DNA from: Botryllus schlosseri
Lineage: Eukaryota
Assembly (NCBI GenBank): GCA_051294905.1
Contig: CM119378.1
Span: 1,552,001 to 1,616,000 of the forward strand
Reading direction: 5' to 3'
Length of the DNA stretch: 64,000 nucleotides
A program made the translations under genes and the position numbers. A model generated the notes under the pieces. It had not been told where the DNA came from, made no database searches, and saw nothing but the letters and a program-made list of their open reading frames with translations. Below are positions 1 through 13,700 of this stretch, one piece after another; position 1 is the stretch's first letter; each line of letters starts with the position of its first letter.

Positions 1-10
1 GATGATACAC

Positions 11-334
11 TAGGCTTACTATACGTCCTCTTTTAAGAGGATTTGTCCTCTTTTTTGAGATTTTGTCCTCTTTTTTGAGATTTAGAGCTGATTTAGAGCT
101 AGTGATATGCCGCATATTAGCACAGAAGTGAAGCTCCGACGGGTATTTCGGAGTGAAAAACGGTGATTTTAGCTCTGAGCGAAAATATGACCTTTTTTTT
201 TTTTTTTTTTTTTAGTCAACCGATCACAAAGTGGGGAAACTTAACCGGTTTTTGAGAATTTCACTGCGGTTTTGCAAGTTGCAAATTTCTGAAAAAGTGT
301 CCTCTTTTTTGATTTCCAAAATATGGTAAGCCTA
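11..334. mobile_element. hAT-like MITE (TAGG...CCTA ends)
   Basis: Ends taggcttactata / tatggtaagccta. Flanks tgatacac (3-10) and cgatacgc (335-342) form a degenerate 8-bp TSD with two transitions. Subterminal gtcctctttttt repeats. Confidence 0.6.
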
Positions 335-1029
335 CGATACGCTATCTTGGTCATCATTTGTTGCAGGCAATTCAGCGCGGTCAGTAGTCTAATTGGAACT
401 GTTGCGTTGCGTTGGTACGTCGTTTCGCAGTGGCGTGTACGCAGGGGAGGTTGAGTTGGAAATGGAAACCCCATCCTTCTGAAATGCCACATCTATCTCC
501 AATATTTAGAAAATCATTTGGAATTAAGCAATTTGGTATCACGCTGTTGCGTTCTGACCGAAATATATGTTGACTCTCTCCCAGATGAAGCCTTGCATTT
601 ATGAAAGATCCGATACCAAGGATCCTTAAGCTGTGGTTTATTAACCCATTCAGGGTGCATGACTGACTAGGTTTAGGTGGTTTTAGGGCACTGCTTAAAC
701 TACAACTAAAGACTGTGAAACTAGATATGTAATCATTTTCGGCTTATATCTTAAAGTGATGACTTCTTGTTAGTCATCAGATAGCTTTTTAGGCATAATA
801 TAGAATAGATCATGAAGTGAGGCCGCGATTAGGCGTATGTAGTAATAAGCTCCCCAAATTTCATGGTTAGGCTAATCAACATATTCGGCTGCACTTAGTT
901 TACTTTTTGAGGCGTAAACTTCGAGACAGTTCAATCTCAAAGCTTGCAGAAGTGATTCCATCCAACGTAGATGCATCGGATTCATCGATATTACATATCA
1001 GACACCATTACACGCTCTCAGTATCAGTT

Positions 1030-1560
1030 TATTAATATGTTCATCATTTCAAAACACCACAAAACTGCGTTACAATGAAATGATAGGAAGGTACGTGTCA
1101 AAACGACTTGGAGTAGTCTTTGAAATCATACACACACTTGGGCCTAGGAGATGTAAAGAAGAGGCACGCACACTGAATGAAAAGTAAAGCAGAGAATATA
1201 AAAGGCAAGCGACAAAATGAGGTGACATCTGGCGGAAGGCGAGATCGATATGTTAGGTCGTGGCCTGGTCATCTTCTAGGCTAACTAGTATCCATTTAGT
1301 GGAAATTGCTTATATTTCGACTTCAATGTGGACATGCTCGACGACTGTCGGATAGCAGGCGAGATGCTGTCCTACAATTGCGGTCCGGCATACTTGATGG
1401 AGCAATGCGTTTTCTTGTATTCCGATTTCCGACCTGATCATAATGGTAGTTGATCTCCGAGGACGCGCTTGTGTTGTACTTGTGCGCTTTTGACCCCGTG
1501 GTGAAGTAGTCGTTGTAATTGAGCGAAAGTGACCGCAATGGAACTGTTACATTAACTCGG
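1030..1560 (-). mobile_element. Degraded 3' fragment of a LINE-like repeat (related copies at ~8580-8930 + and ~49915-50060 +)
   Basis: Minus-strand peptide NDYFTTGSKAHKYNTSASSEINY...NTRKRIAPSSMP matches NDYFTSE*KARNYNTRASSKNKY...NTTKRIALSNMP at ~49920. The aaaacgcatcgc and cgacagtcgtcgagcatg motifs recur at ~8595-8680. HxYNTR-like tails are typical of LINE ORF2 C-termini. Boundaries approximate. Confidence 0.4.
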
Positions 1561-1595
1561 CAATTTCTAGTTTCCTCATATCTTCTCTCGCCTAG

Positions 1596-4500
1596 GTCTT
1601 GGACGATTTCTGTACAGATCTCAACATTCCCACCCAACGTGCCTGTTTTGGACCTTCAACGGCAGTTGTGAAATGTCGAGCCAAACAATATCGTCTTTCT
1701 GCCCGGCATCGGTCTACCTGCAGGACGTTCGCGATCGACGGGTGATTTTGTATATAAACACATCCGGATATTTATTGAGCAGTTGGGAAAATGGAACCCT
1801 CAGTGTAGATATCCGGTACCAGTTCGTGAACTGTAGCGCTCAATATACAAAAGGTAAGAGACCAGGTGTCCACGCCCGGCGTACAATGATGTGGTCAGCA
1901 TGTAAGCGGTTTCTAACGCATTCCGATATAATTACGATATGATTCTGATTCGATAATTAGGCATAATGCCAAATGCGGCCCGCGGAGCTATTTTGTGCGG
2001 CCCGCGAAAGGTTGCTTGGAATTGAAAATATAAACCTACTTTTTCATGTTGCTACGTGGACTAAAACCATAGGATGTATAACTGAACCTTGCTCATTAAC
2101 ATACAGTGATTACGCATCCTATACGTACCTCATAATCCTAATCCAGATTCAAAATAAAGTTAATGTAGCAAATTATGCCGTTACAATTAAAGTCATAAGA
2201 AGTCACTAACTCTTATTTGCTGTCATTGGCACATTACACATTATGCGGTCTGTGTTTCAAATTGTTATGTGATGCTTTTCCAAATCCCTAATTTGTAAAA
2301 CAAGTCAATCAGCGACCGTGATATCTATGAGTATATCATCACCCATAAAGGATTTCCAAAAAAAAGAAAGCCGAAAGTTGAAGTTCAAAGATGGTTCGGA
2401 GGACTAAATATTTGTTTTTTAGTATACCCGCCTTTTCAGTAGTGAGTACCGAGCACGTCGCCGCATTTGAGGAGTATAATTTAAGTTGGTTCTATGACAA
2501 AAACACGAAGACATACACCGGATCAAGGGCGGCGAATTTCGGAATAACTGCAAGCTTGGCTCAACAGCAAGGCCCATCCGGCAAGCTGCACGCTTTTCGG
2601 AAACCAGCTACCAAGACAATAAGCTATATAGTATCCGCAGGACCGTATAACTGCCGCACTCTAACCCCCCTCCCCCCGCCCCCGATTGGGGGGAGAGCTC
2701 GATGGGCGCCCAAAGTTTTTCAACAGTAAATTCATATTTATTGACTCAAAGAACTTTTCGCGTGCCTCTTATCAAGAGCAACCGGCACGATAAAGGATAC
2801 AGAACAGAGATGGATTAAAAAACCAAATGGCGAATTGTGACGCAATAATGCAAATTTATAAATAACATGGATGGAAATTCAGCCATAGCAACAATGCAGC
2901 GTATGCAGCAACAAGCAACTTGAAAAAGTAGTGAATCATAACAAAAATTCCGCGCTTCGCGCGATTAGGGAATATAACGTTGCCAATTAGTGTATACAAA
3001 AAATCTCGCTCAGAAGTAGTGTTAAAAACGTGCATCACGATGGGGTTGGATCTGGGACGATGCCCCCAGGTGTTTGGTTTATAACTCTATGGGGGGGAGG
3101 GCAAGTCCAAAGTTTGAGGGGGATTGACGACGTGCATTTTCGGCCATCCCACATACATTTTAATGTATTGAGAGTAAAACGGGGATGGGGCTTTAAAGAG
3201 AGTTCAAAATGTATCATGTTTACCATTGTTTCAAAATATGACGACTAACAAATATTTAATTTTGGTAATTAACTGTCACTTTCTCATTCCCCAATATCAA
3301 CACATCCACTGAGCACTATTTAGTGTGATTCTCTGCTTTCAATTTAGAATCAAAATCAATACGCTAGAGAATACAGCTAAAATTTCTGACTCGCCCGCCA
3401 ACATATTTTCTGCTTCTCATTTGGCCCACTGAGAAAAATAATTGCCCACCCCTGGCTTAGAGAGTAACACCATAGTGTCCTATATGGTGTCGACATAAGC
3501 AAATCTCACGGCTCAGTGAAATTGATTCACGTCACAATTTCCATTTGATTACAGGCAATTTGACGGTCATTTTTGACCGGCTTGCCGAGCATTAAATTTG
3601 GTAAAGCGGATATCAATCGAAAGTTGACTCTGCACTGATTACGAAAATATAAATTTTATTCCGCTCGCGGTCCTGAAACCCCCACAATCAGCCTCGAATT
3701 TTTCATTGTTATGGAGATTGGCATTGGGACGCAACAATGCTATCTGGCTCCTTTTCTCTTGAGCTACTCTCTCGTTTCGACAGACAGCATTGTTGCGTCC
3801 CAATTCTATATTTCAGTATCTAAATATTAAATTGCTCTGACATATAACCACCATAGATACGTTCACCACGGACGAGAATAAGAGAGGCCAAGTAGATGCT
3901 ACAAAGGATTGTTCACAAGCCAGCAACACGTCAACAATCGTCTTGGCTATACTGCTGGTGATATCGATTATATGCCTAATCATTTCAATATATAAGTGAG
4001 TATTTGTTTGACGCCTGTCATGATACTCAAGATCTTACTATATTTTATCTTAATCAATCCATTTAATCACCAAACCAGTGAATATGAGATGGATATTAAA
4101 TCATCATACAAATCGACATCTACCTAAATGCTTCGATAGCATTACAGAATTGGTTCACTCCTCGTGTTCATGCTTTTGAAGGAACACGAGTTAGGAATAT
4201 AGAGTGTAAGTAGAATTTTTAGATAACGCACAATGTTTCCATATATGGTTTTTATATGAAGTCCCTACTTCGTACTTGCGACTCAACCAATACAGCTGTG
4301 GTGTGAATTTAGCAGAGAATGTGCATCGTCAATTATGGACTATGGTCAGTTAAGTCTAACCCCATCTTTGAATACGATTCGATAGATTGATTGTCCTGAA
4401 TTCCCCCCATCATACCATAGCCCACTATGACTCGCAATCAGGACCGAAACAGCAATTCGCCAGGTTCCCCAAAACGTTGATCTTGGCCCCCATAGGCTTA

Positions 4501-5718
4501 CAAACCAAACCACCTCCAATCAGCCTATACTTTTTATCACCAGTTATCAGCGAGATTTGTATTCTTTAGGTATCCTGATCTGTCGCCTAGCCACGCGAAG
4601 CGAGAAACATTTCTCTAATTCATGATTGAATGGGTCATTATGATCGGGAATTGCATATATATTGCTATCAATTTCTATTCTCCCTTAGCTGACGTAATCA
4701 GATTTGCTGATAGAATGGAGTGAGGTGTTTTGGAAAATGTATGGCCCGTAAATAATAATTAAACATATTCGGGCGGACCCTTTGGCATAATGACTTTCTT
4801 ACACATGATGTTATTTCGTGACCTCCTGTCAGCTATATGTCAAAAGATATTGAAATCACACAAACGGACAAAGAAACTAAACTAAAAGATGCACACGATT
4901 TCAAATTGGTATTTCTGCACTTTCAAATAATTTTTCCTGTGGGACGGCATCTGTCTTGTGCGGTTCAGATTACCAGGACAGAAACACTCGGCGCCAGCCA
5001 TTTAGGTGCCTATGGACAATTGAACATATATCGAAGTTTTCTCGCTGCTGATCGTTCGGGCACACTTCTCGGAGTCGCATGTTACACGGCCTAAAACTTC
5101 ATATGTCTCGGTGCGTCGTGGCGCGGCAACGGCCAACGCCGAAACGCTCATCTCTATAAATCATGCGTATTTTTCTTTGGGGAAGGGTACCCAATAATCA
5201 ATATATTTGACACCATTAAATCGCGCACAGCGCGAATTTGTTTTTGAAAACCTAGCATAAATTTAAAAAAAAAACTTTATAATTTACGTTAATTCACGAA
5301 ATAATTTTGGGGCCCCTTCGAATTGGGGAGTTTGGGGTCCGGCAGTTACGGTTCTGCTCGTAATTTAAACTACGAGTAATCATTTTTGATGATGAAATCA
5401 ATGACCGCAATGTGTAATTGATTATTTTTAGAAAGTAGTGTAACCATAAGCCCTTATTTAATGCATGCGGTAATGAATTCGAAAAAGGACAACCGCTTAT
5501 CAGCCCTTTTCACGTAAATTTACCTGTTCTTCAGAATGCGGCAAAATCGAAAATCTCAATCACATGATAATTTCGTAGCGGTACACTTCGACCAAAGAGA
5601 GGAGTTGAATGATCGCAATACTACTGGCGGGGCGGCGACACCCTCAGCGATACCGGTCGGTGTTTATGCGACCGTTAACAAAACGTCAGCTGAGTCGGAC
5701 GATATACATCAGGTATGA
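1596..5718 (+). CDS. Gene A (5'-partial): single-pass type I membrane protein with CUB-like ectodomain half, TM and cytoplasmic tail
   Basis: Exons 1596-1853 (ag|gt...g|gtaag; GLGRFLYRSQHSHPTCLFWTFNGSC...VDIRYQFVNC), 3857-3995 (TM IVLAILLVISIICLIISIY; aa|gtgagt) and 5535-5712/5718 (ttcag|; tail with VYATVNK). Phases 1-1, 1-2 and 2 splice in frame. The first exon is clearly homologous to 15684-15938. Confidence 0.7.
4575..5370. repeat. Copy of an abundant unclassified interspersed repeat family
   Basis: Same blocks (cacgtaatcagattt, aattaaacatattcgggcg, cctatggacaattg) recur at ~6730-7510, inverted at ~19905-20545 and at ~63620-63840. Boundaries approximate. Confidence 0.6.
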
Positions 5719-6190
5719 ACTGATTAATTGACCACAGCCTTGGGCAACTAGAAGTATTTTTAGCTTTTCTAGATTAAATTAGAATTATTAGTTAACCAAA
5801 CCTGATTGGTCAAATACGCATGGTCAAGGTTTCTTGGTACTTCAAGGTACTTATAACAATCGTTGAGTAATATTTCCATCTGAACAAGACACACACAGTG
5901 TACAACACGATGTAATGATCAGATAGGAGGATGTCGAACGACGCGCAGTTGCGGTCTTTATTTAGACTGACATCCACCCCGGCCTAGAGTTCACAATGTC
6001 ACAGTTGTATTGGATGTTGATCTTTTTGAAGCCGCGGCCCTTTCTGGTTCTTCCCATTCCTTGTGAGTGCGTTCTTTCGCCGGGTCTTTCTGGGCTTTTT
6101 TGAAACCGTAAGAACGGCGACGGCTGGGGAAGAGGATCCTGATATTAAAGAGTTGTTTCCGACTGATCGTATATTAGTCACTATTTAGAT

Positions 6191-6487
6191 CAGTGGTTCC
6201 CAACCTGGGGGGCGTGAAAGCATCTGAGGGGGCGCGAAGAAGCGGTCAACTGAAAAATTTTTCGCGCTCTGCGCGATTTACCTCCAGTTCACGCGTATTT
6301 CGCTCTATATAGACCGAATTTCATATTTTTAATTCTCTCATCAACAGTCATAACCTTCCATGCCATCAAACAATCTGTTCAGGTTGCTATCATCCCTGTT
6401 GGATTCTGTGATATGACGATAAGGGGGGCGCGAAAATTTTCACTGTCATAAAGGGGGGCGTGTCTAAAAACAGGTTAGGAACCACTG
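6191..6487. mobile_element. ~300-bp hAT (Charlie/Buster-type) MITE family; other copies 18135-18433, 36707-37039, 42016-42316
   Basis: TIR cagtggttcc...ggaaccactg; TSD atttagat/attttgat (7/8). The internal gggggcgcgaag..cggtcaactgaaaaa block is shared by the other copies. Confidence 0.8.
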
Positions 6488-6552
6488 ATTTTGATGATTA
6501 TATAGTTTCATGAAACCAACCGAAATTGACAGCAGGTCCGGTACGTCTAATG

Positions 6553-8387
6553 CAGTGGTTCTTAACCATTTTTCCTCCGGCGCCCCCTTTAAAAAATTAT
6601 CGTGCTCTAGCACCCCCCCCCCCCGCGCATCCCATATTGTAAGGACTGTAATAAAGACAATCGGTAAAAGGGAGGGCCGTTCCAGCACTTCACCAGTCCC
6701 CCTAAAAGCCGATTGTCTTGGGCGCCCACAGCGTGATCAACCAAATTTCCAGGGTCTTCGCTAGTCGCGTGATATCGATATTCAGCAAAGTTTGTGTTGC
6801 CTGGTAGCCCTAAGCGTCAAATTTTTCTATAATGCATAAATGAATAGGTGCTAATTGCATATATATGTCGCTATAAAATTTTTATCCTCTCGGCACACGT
6901 AATCAGATTTACCAGTAGCGCTGAGTGAGCTGTTGTCTTGGTAAATGAAGGCCAGGTAATTAATAATTGAACATATTCGGGCGTGCCCGTTGGTACAAAT
7001 TACTTCATTACATGTTGGTATTTTGTTAACTCTTGTCCGTTATATAGTCAAAAGATATTGAAACGCATAAAGGTAAACCAAAGTAAGCACACGGTTCAAA
7101 ATTGGTATTTCTTCACTGGCAAATACTTTTTCTCTGATGGATGTTATTTGTCCTGTGGGGTGCAGATTGCGACGACATCATAATTCGAACCTATGGACAA
7201 TTAGACTTACATCCATCGAAGTTTACGGTCAACATAACAACAATCTTCTTCGGCTAAGGTTTTCTCGCTGACGATCTATTTGGCACCCTTCTCGGAGTCC
7301 CATATTGACCGGAACTTCATACGTCGTGCATCGTGGCGTGATAATGGCCGACGCCGAAATGCTTATTTCTATTGTCTATAATTATCCGTATTTTTTCGTC
7401 GTCAGAACATGATGTGTAATTTATGTTCATTCATGGAAATCATTAAGGGCACCCTTCGAGTTGACCCCCTCGATTGGGGGTTTGGGTTGCAGCAGTTTTG
7501 GTCCTGGTTAGAGGTGAAAGTCCAGTCGGTCTTTTCGGAACTTTAGTATTGGAAATATTTCGCGATTTAATAGCGCTCGAGGACCACTCGACTATAATAA
7601 ACCATATAATAATTGTATGTGGTATATTCAGGGTCAAATCAAGGTTGTTATAACAACAATCGGGTACGGTCTCATACCCTGTGGTTCGAACCAGATGTAC
7701 ACATCCCGAATTCACATCTGCGATTGGCAATACGGGAAAATTATTGGTATTGGATTTTGTTTTAGTGCTTTGTATGACTAAGTAAGTCAACTACGAATGG
7801 GATCCAAATATCTGCTCAAATTGAATTTAGTACTGAATCCATGTATTAATTTTAACATGAATGTATTCCAAACAAAGCAACACATAATATATAATGTTCA
7901 TGTAAGGTTGTGGACCACAATAAGATGGTATGTAATCCTTTATGTCTGATACGATCAAGAACTATTCCGACGATTTAATTTTGTAGCTCTCAAATACAAG
8001 TATATTTAGATATTCCTTTCGTGCACAAAGCATATTTTATGTACAAGGGGCTCTCACTCTCAAAACTGATATACAGTGCCACCTTCTTTGATGTCTACAC
8101 GCTGTGCGCTGCAGGATATAACCCCTTCTTCGGAACATTTTCTTGAAAATAACCCTAGCAAGCGTGACTGTATAGTGTTTTAACGGGAAATTGACGATCT
8201 AAATTAAAAGTATGCGCAATTCATTTTACACGAACTATTTTAACCAACTACATTTATGAAAACATAGGTAGGAAACGTCGCCGCGAAGCCATTTTTCTTC
8301 AGCGCCCCCCATATCGCTCCCTGAGCATTTCCGCCCCTTTCAAAATCGCTCCTTGGGGGGCGCTGGAGGCAAGGTTAAGAACCACTG
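6553..8387. mobile_element. Non-autonomous hAT element containing a nested repeat
   Basis: TIR cagtggttcttaacc / ggttaagaaccactg; exact 8-bp TSD gtctaatg (6545-6552, 8388-8395). Confidence 0.85.
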
Positions 8388-9302
8388 GTCTAATGTAACT
8401 GTGAGCATAACTGTTTTCAGGCTGCTGACAATAACGCCGGAATAGTGAGTGACCTGTACGCTTCTGTTGACAAAGGAAAATCAAGCGGCAATGTGGATTA
8501 ATTGAAATGTCTGAAGCGTGTCCGGCGAGTCTTTTACATATAGCATGCAAATCATGGCGCGAAATGTGCTAATCTACAGACGAATACAAAAAAAAACGCA
8601 TCGCCCTATCAGGTGCGCCGGACCTGAAGTGTGAAACAGCATGTCCCTGGCTTTGCGACAGTCGTCGAGCATGCCCACATTCAATTCGTAGTAGCCAGCT
8701 CACAAGATTTCAGGACGACAATCTGACATATTTACCTCACCTACCGACACATGCCGCATTCATTTTCGTCACTTTCTTTTATGTTATTCTTTCTTAAATC
8801 CTGTGTGCATTCCTCTTATTTACATGCTGTAAGCCATGGTCGATGTCTGATGTAAAGACTACTCATCTTTTCGTTGTATCGCAATTTTCTGGTTTATTGA
8901 TATGATAAAAAAATTATTAACATGATAATGAAGATCCATGTTTCCGGAGTTGAACAAATGCTTTTTGTGTACATCGTCGTTATAATAGAGAAGTTACTGA
9001 GAATAAGTGTGGAGCGAAAATTAGAGCTTACAAATTATAATTATTTTGAACCCGAAATCGATAAAACCGATTAAGTTTCACTTTCACCGATAACCCTGCT
9101 AGATTCAACCAATATTTAAAACAAATATGGCATCTACAGCTTAAGACGCATTTCGAAAACTTCAGAGCACCGATTTGAACCGCTTTACAACCAATGTTAC
9201 GCTTTGTATCCCCTTTTTTGGGACTCCTACATACACGAAAGCAGAATCACCCACCCCTGCGATATATCTCCATAAGATTCGCTTTGTTCGACTCATTATA
9301 TA

Positions 9303-10263
9303 GGGTAGAGTGGGGCAACGCGCCTACCCTAAGCGGGAAACGTCATAATATCCACCAAACTAGTCAAAATGAATTGAATTTCGGAATTTGCACGCGAGAT
9401 ATCGTCCCCACTCTACCACAATCGTCTGAAAAGTCCAAGTATCAATTATCATATGTAAAATTATCATTCATCTATGTCCATCAATTTGACGTTTTGCTAC
9501 ATGGGTGCGGGGTAAATCGCCTCCATTGGCGTTTCACCCCGTTATACCCTCTTAAATACCGCATGGCACTCAGTAACCGATGAATGTTTAATCCATATAC
9601 AGACCTATACAAGCTTCTCCGCCTCATCATGGCGTACCTATTCTTTTGAAAACAAATTCCATCCAGATATACCAACTGATTATAATAAGTCAAAAACAAA
9701 GTCGGAATTTATTGAAATGTATCTTGTTTAGTCAGAGGGATAGCCAATATTCGCGAGCCGAATAGCAATTTCAATAGAAATGGCGTTCTCCGAGAAGGCA
9801 TCCTTGAGGAACCCATAAACGGCTACTCAATCCATATTTACTGGATTTTAACGGGTGGAGCGTTTTACCCCACGGTAGGGGTAGGCGTTTTAGCCTCGAG
9901 GTCGCCATTGTTTGCCGATCAGCTACCAGGCTGTTATTTATGTGAATTCGCCTCCGGACTGTGGCTTAAATTCAATTACGCGCTGGTTAATCATAAATAA
10001 GACCGGAAAACTATCTGCAGCATCCGTTAAATATGACATTTCACTTGGTTGTAAGAGGCTTTCTTTTGGTAAGAATATGTGTAAAAGTCATAAATTCTCA
10101 TAAAACGTTACACATCTTCATTAGGGCGTGGAAATCAAAGTGGGAGTTTCGTCTGACCATTAGGCGATATTTGCAATACTGTGACGCATTCAACGCTAGC
10201 TTTGTTCTAATATATTGATGGTAGGCGTCTTACCTCGCCGGTGCGTCTTACCCCACTCTACCC
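9303..10263. mobile_element. Tc1/mariner-pogo-like MITE
   Basis: TIR gggtagagtgggg / ccccactctaccc, flanked by TA on both sides. Confidence 0.7.
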
Positions 10264-10719
10264 TACGCTGGCACAAAACACACGATTTTCCTCTACAGTG
10301 CACGATCTCCACCCACCTAACTTTGTTTCCTCCCGAATATATAAAGATATGCGTGAAAGTAGACAGACACGCGACACGTATCGTCATCCAGATGCTTGGC
10401 GCGTGTAATTCAGTACGATATTCCAATTAACGAGTGAGATTAGGAGTAGATAGTGAACCAATGATGATGCAGCGTTGATTGGAATTATATACACGATTTA
10501 AGTAGAAAGCACTCTTCGGAGTCAGTTGTTCGGCTGCAATTGAAGGCATATGGATCAGTGAAGGCGTAAGACCTTAATAACGTGCGGCGTGAATGTCTCG
10601 GCTAGATTATCGGCGTATTGATTTCGAACTGAAATCGATAAGATCTAGTCATTGCTTCGTATGAATTTCAGTTTTGTTAATTTCCAGGGTTATTGGTTTA
10701 TATTTGTTTATTCGTCGAA

Positions 10720-13700
10720 ATGCTGACGTTGATTAGTTTAGCTGTAGTGATAACAGGTAAGTAACGGTTCTATCAGTAGTTTGTTGACAGCGTTGGAATG
10801 AGGAATAGTGATTCCCATTTCTTTAACCAATGTAGTCGTCCGATAGGGTGGACTTCAGCTACCTCGATGTATGGCTGGTCACAATGATTGGGATACTGTA
10901 ATCCGAATCGGGTATCAATTCTAATGATTCGAGTCGAGTAATGAGATGAGTACTGAAATTACACGCCCCTTGACACTGAGAGTGGATATATCTACGAAAA
11001 TTATCGTTTCGAAACTATTTGCCATTGTGGAAACCTTGAAACCGTGAACGTAACACGTACTACAAAGCTAATACGCACGTCCGTAAAAATGACACCTCTT
11101 TAAAGCTGTGATCAGTCCAAATCTTGTCGTGATGTGCAACGAAACAACCATAGTCGAAAGATACCAAACAGTTTCTAATGTGATGTAAAACCGCCATATA
11201 GTAACATATAAGGTGAGTATTCGAACTTCCACGTCTTTCATACTGTACTGTCATGGCGTCGTAATACATGATACTAGAATAGACCCCTCTTGAAGCGCAG
11301 TGCTTGATTCAGAATCGTGAGATACTCTATTTTACCTATCCCCTTATCTGTATGTTGTTGATGCAGGCGTCGGATCGCAGGAATGCGACGAAATCCGTAG
11401 CCGTTCGTCGATTTCCGGTTCTCTCTACGTACCCGGCCTCGATAATGATACCGCGTGCTGGAATGTATTCCTCTCCGAAAATGAACCGTACTCGGGAATT
11501 CTCATCGAAATTCTCCAATTGCAATCGAACGCGGGCGAAAATCTCACGTTCAAAGGTGAGATGATAGTCGATCACCATACAAACCAATGGTTTGGTTCGG
11601 ATGTACTGTAATTTATCATCCACAACAACCACCATCAGTATAGTCAAGGTCAGTGCTTTTCAACCTGTTTGAGATTCATTCGCACTTTGTTTGGAAAATG
11701 AATTTCATTCACATAAGCCAACCGAAAATTGTTACACAGAAAGAAAATGAAGATACTCGAGAATATTCTGTTCTGATGTGCAACAAATTGACTACTATAG
11801 CTTTTAGGCCGTGAAGTGTCTCATTAAAAAGGCAGCTATCCTCCCGCGTTTTGATTTCAACTATTTCACTAAAACGCTTCTCGGCCAAGCAAGTTGTTGG
11901 GCTTCGTACAACAACGCTCACCTTAGTGTTTGGATGGCCAGGTCTTGAGAACTGTTCTGCACCCCTATCCAAAATACAGCATATTTCCCGCGACTGAAAA
12001 ATGCTTGCTGGCAGAAATCGTTTTTGAGAGATGATGCAAAGGTCCCGGAGGCTCAAGTTTGTCGAAAGGGTGAAAAATCAACATTCTTGTGCTGAGGCTT
12101 GGTGCCTGATATCTTAGAAAAAAGGTCCGATACCGTCAAGGACAGTAGGCACATTAGAGCTCGCTACGTTACGATACGTTGCTCCAACTTGTATTCTGAT
12201 TTTAATTTTTCGATTTCCAATTTTCTGTCTAGCGAGTATGTAAGAGCAAATAAAGTCACGATTCTGTTTGTTCGGCTCTTCAGCTCAACCTAACTTGAAC
12301 ATTCATAACAATTTGATAATCTTGAAGCAGCTTTTTAGACTACCACCAAAATCTGAATTTTTGTGCATCACTCGACCCTAGTTTCACCCATGAAAAGGGA
12401 GTTCATTTTACTATTACAGTAGTATGCTACGATATAACGGACATGTATGACATACACAACGCGCACACCATAATTCTACCCAACACAGCTCTATAAAATA
12501 TGTCTGACGCACGCGATTTCAAATTAGGGTGAAATAAATTCCTCTGCGTGTCGCATTTGCACTACTGTCTACTCAGTTTGCAAGAACGGGGCTATATTCC
12601 GTGCCAACAACGGAGCATATTCATATCGAAAGGTTTGGCCATCCAGCGTCGGTCATTTTAGTTTTGTCGCCACTGACGTTTTTGCCACCGTATTTTATCC
12701 GCGGCATCGCATTTTATTAGGGGTATGTTGCCCAAACTTCACGTGATCATGTGCCCCGACGCAGAAGGGGTTGGCCTCGAATTGAAGGAGTTGCACACCT
12801 CTACACTAGTTGCTCCCAACGGTCTTCGTCCTGTCCAGAAAAAACATTCGGACAAATCTTATCATGAATTCGAACCAATGGTCAGCTGATTCTAATGATC
12901 AAGCCACATTTTCTGCGCGTCTCGCTTATTGACTACAGTACCCAATACAGTGACCTTGGATATGTGAAAACTATCGCTGGATTTTTTGCAGTAAATTAAA
13001 CAAGTATTACATTCATATTAACCGACAGCTCTCGTATCGTGTCGATCCAAAATTATAACCGCGCGGTCAATACTTTGATTACGCTTAAGGGGGTTTTCAT
13101 TCGCACCAGTGCGAACCGTCGCACAGGTCGAAAAGCACTGGTCAACGCTCCTCGTGAACATGTCAAAATTTGTGGCTTTCATAGTTGTTGTCAGGGAATC
13201 GTTGCAGAATTAATTACCTTACCACCGCCAACCCTACGTTACCCTAACCCAGGGGTGGGCAACTTTTTTGCTATTCACGGCCGCATTTCGATTACTTATG
13301 TAGCCTACGGCCGCATTACAGTGCATAAGCCATAATGAACTGACTGGGCGCCAAATATCCTACCCTTGTTAAACCATCCATTTCTATTTCGGATGATCTC
13401 CGGACTTATATACCTTCTCATACCGGATTAGTACACGCACCGAAATCGCAAGTGACCAAGTTTTGAATAATAACTGGGATACGTTATGGTCGCGCGAACA
13501 TTTTTTCAGGTAAATAAATGAATTTCGTCATTATTATTAGTAGATTCACATGTTACCATGAAATATTTATCCTTTATCAGCCCAGGTGATCAGATTCATC
13601 TGGTGGAGTTGATGGAGGTATAGTGTCTTCGAAAATTTAGGGCAAGTTACACATGATGAAGCATCTTCGAGTGGACCAATTGTTATTAGTCACTTATTTG

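Noticed and set aside
2440..2660. Possible extra exon of gene A (acceptor ttttcag, phase 1, open frame)
   Set aside because: No convincing donor and it runs into repeat sequence. Gene A splices in frame without it.
5927..5965. Possible terminal micro-exon of gene A (EDVERRAVAVFI*) echoing the SERRA* end of gene B
   Set aside because: The acceptor lacks a pyrimidine tract, and a 4-residue match can be chance.
5999..6181. Basic, exon-like minus-strand ORF
   Set aside because: No recognisable domain or partner exons.
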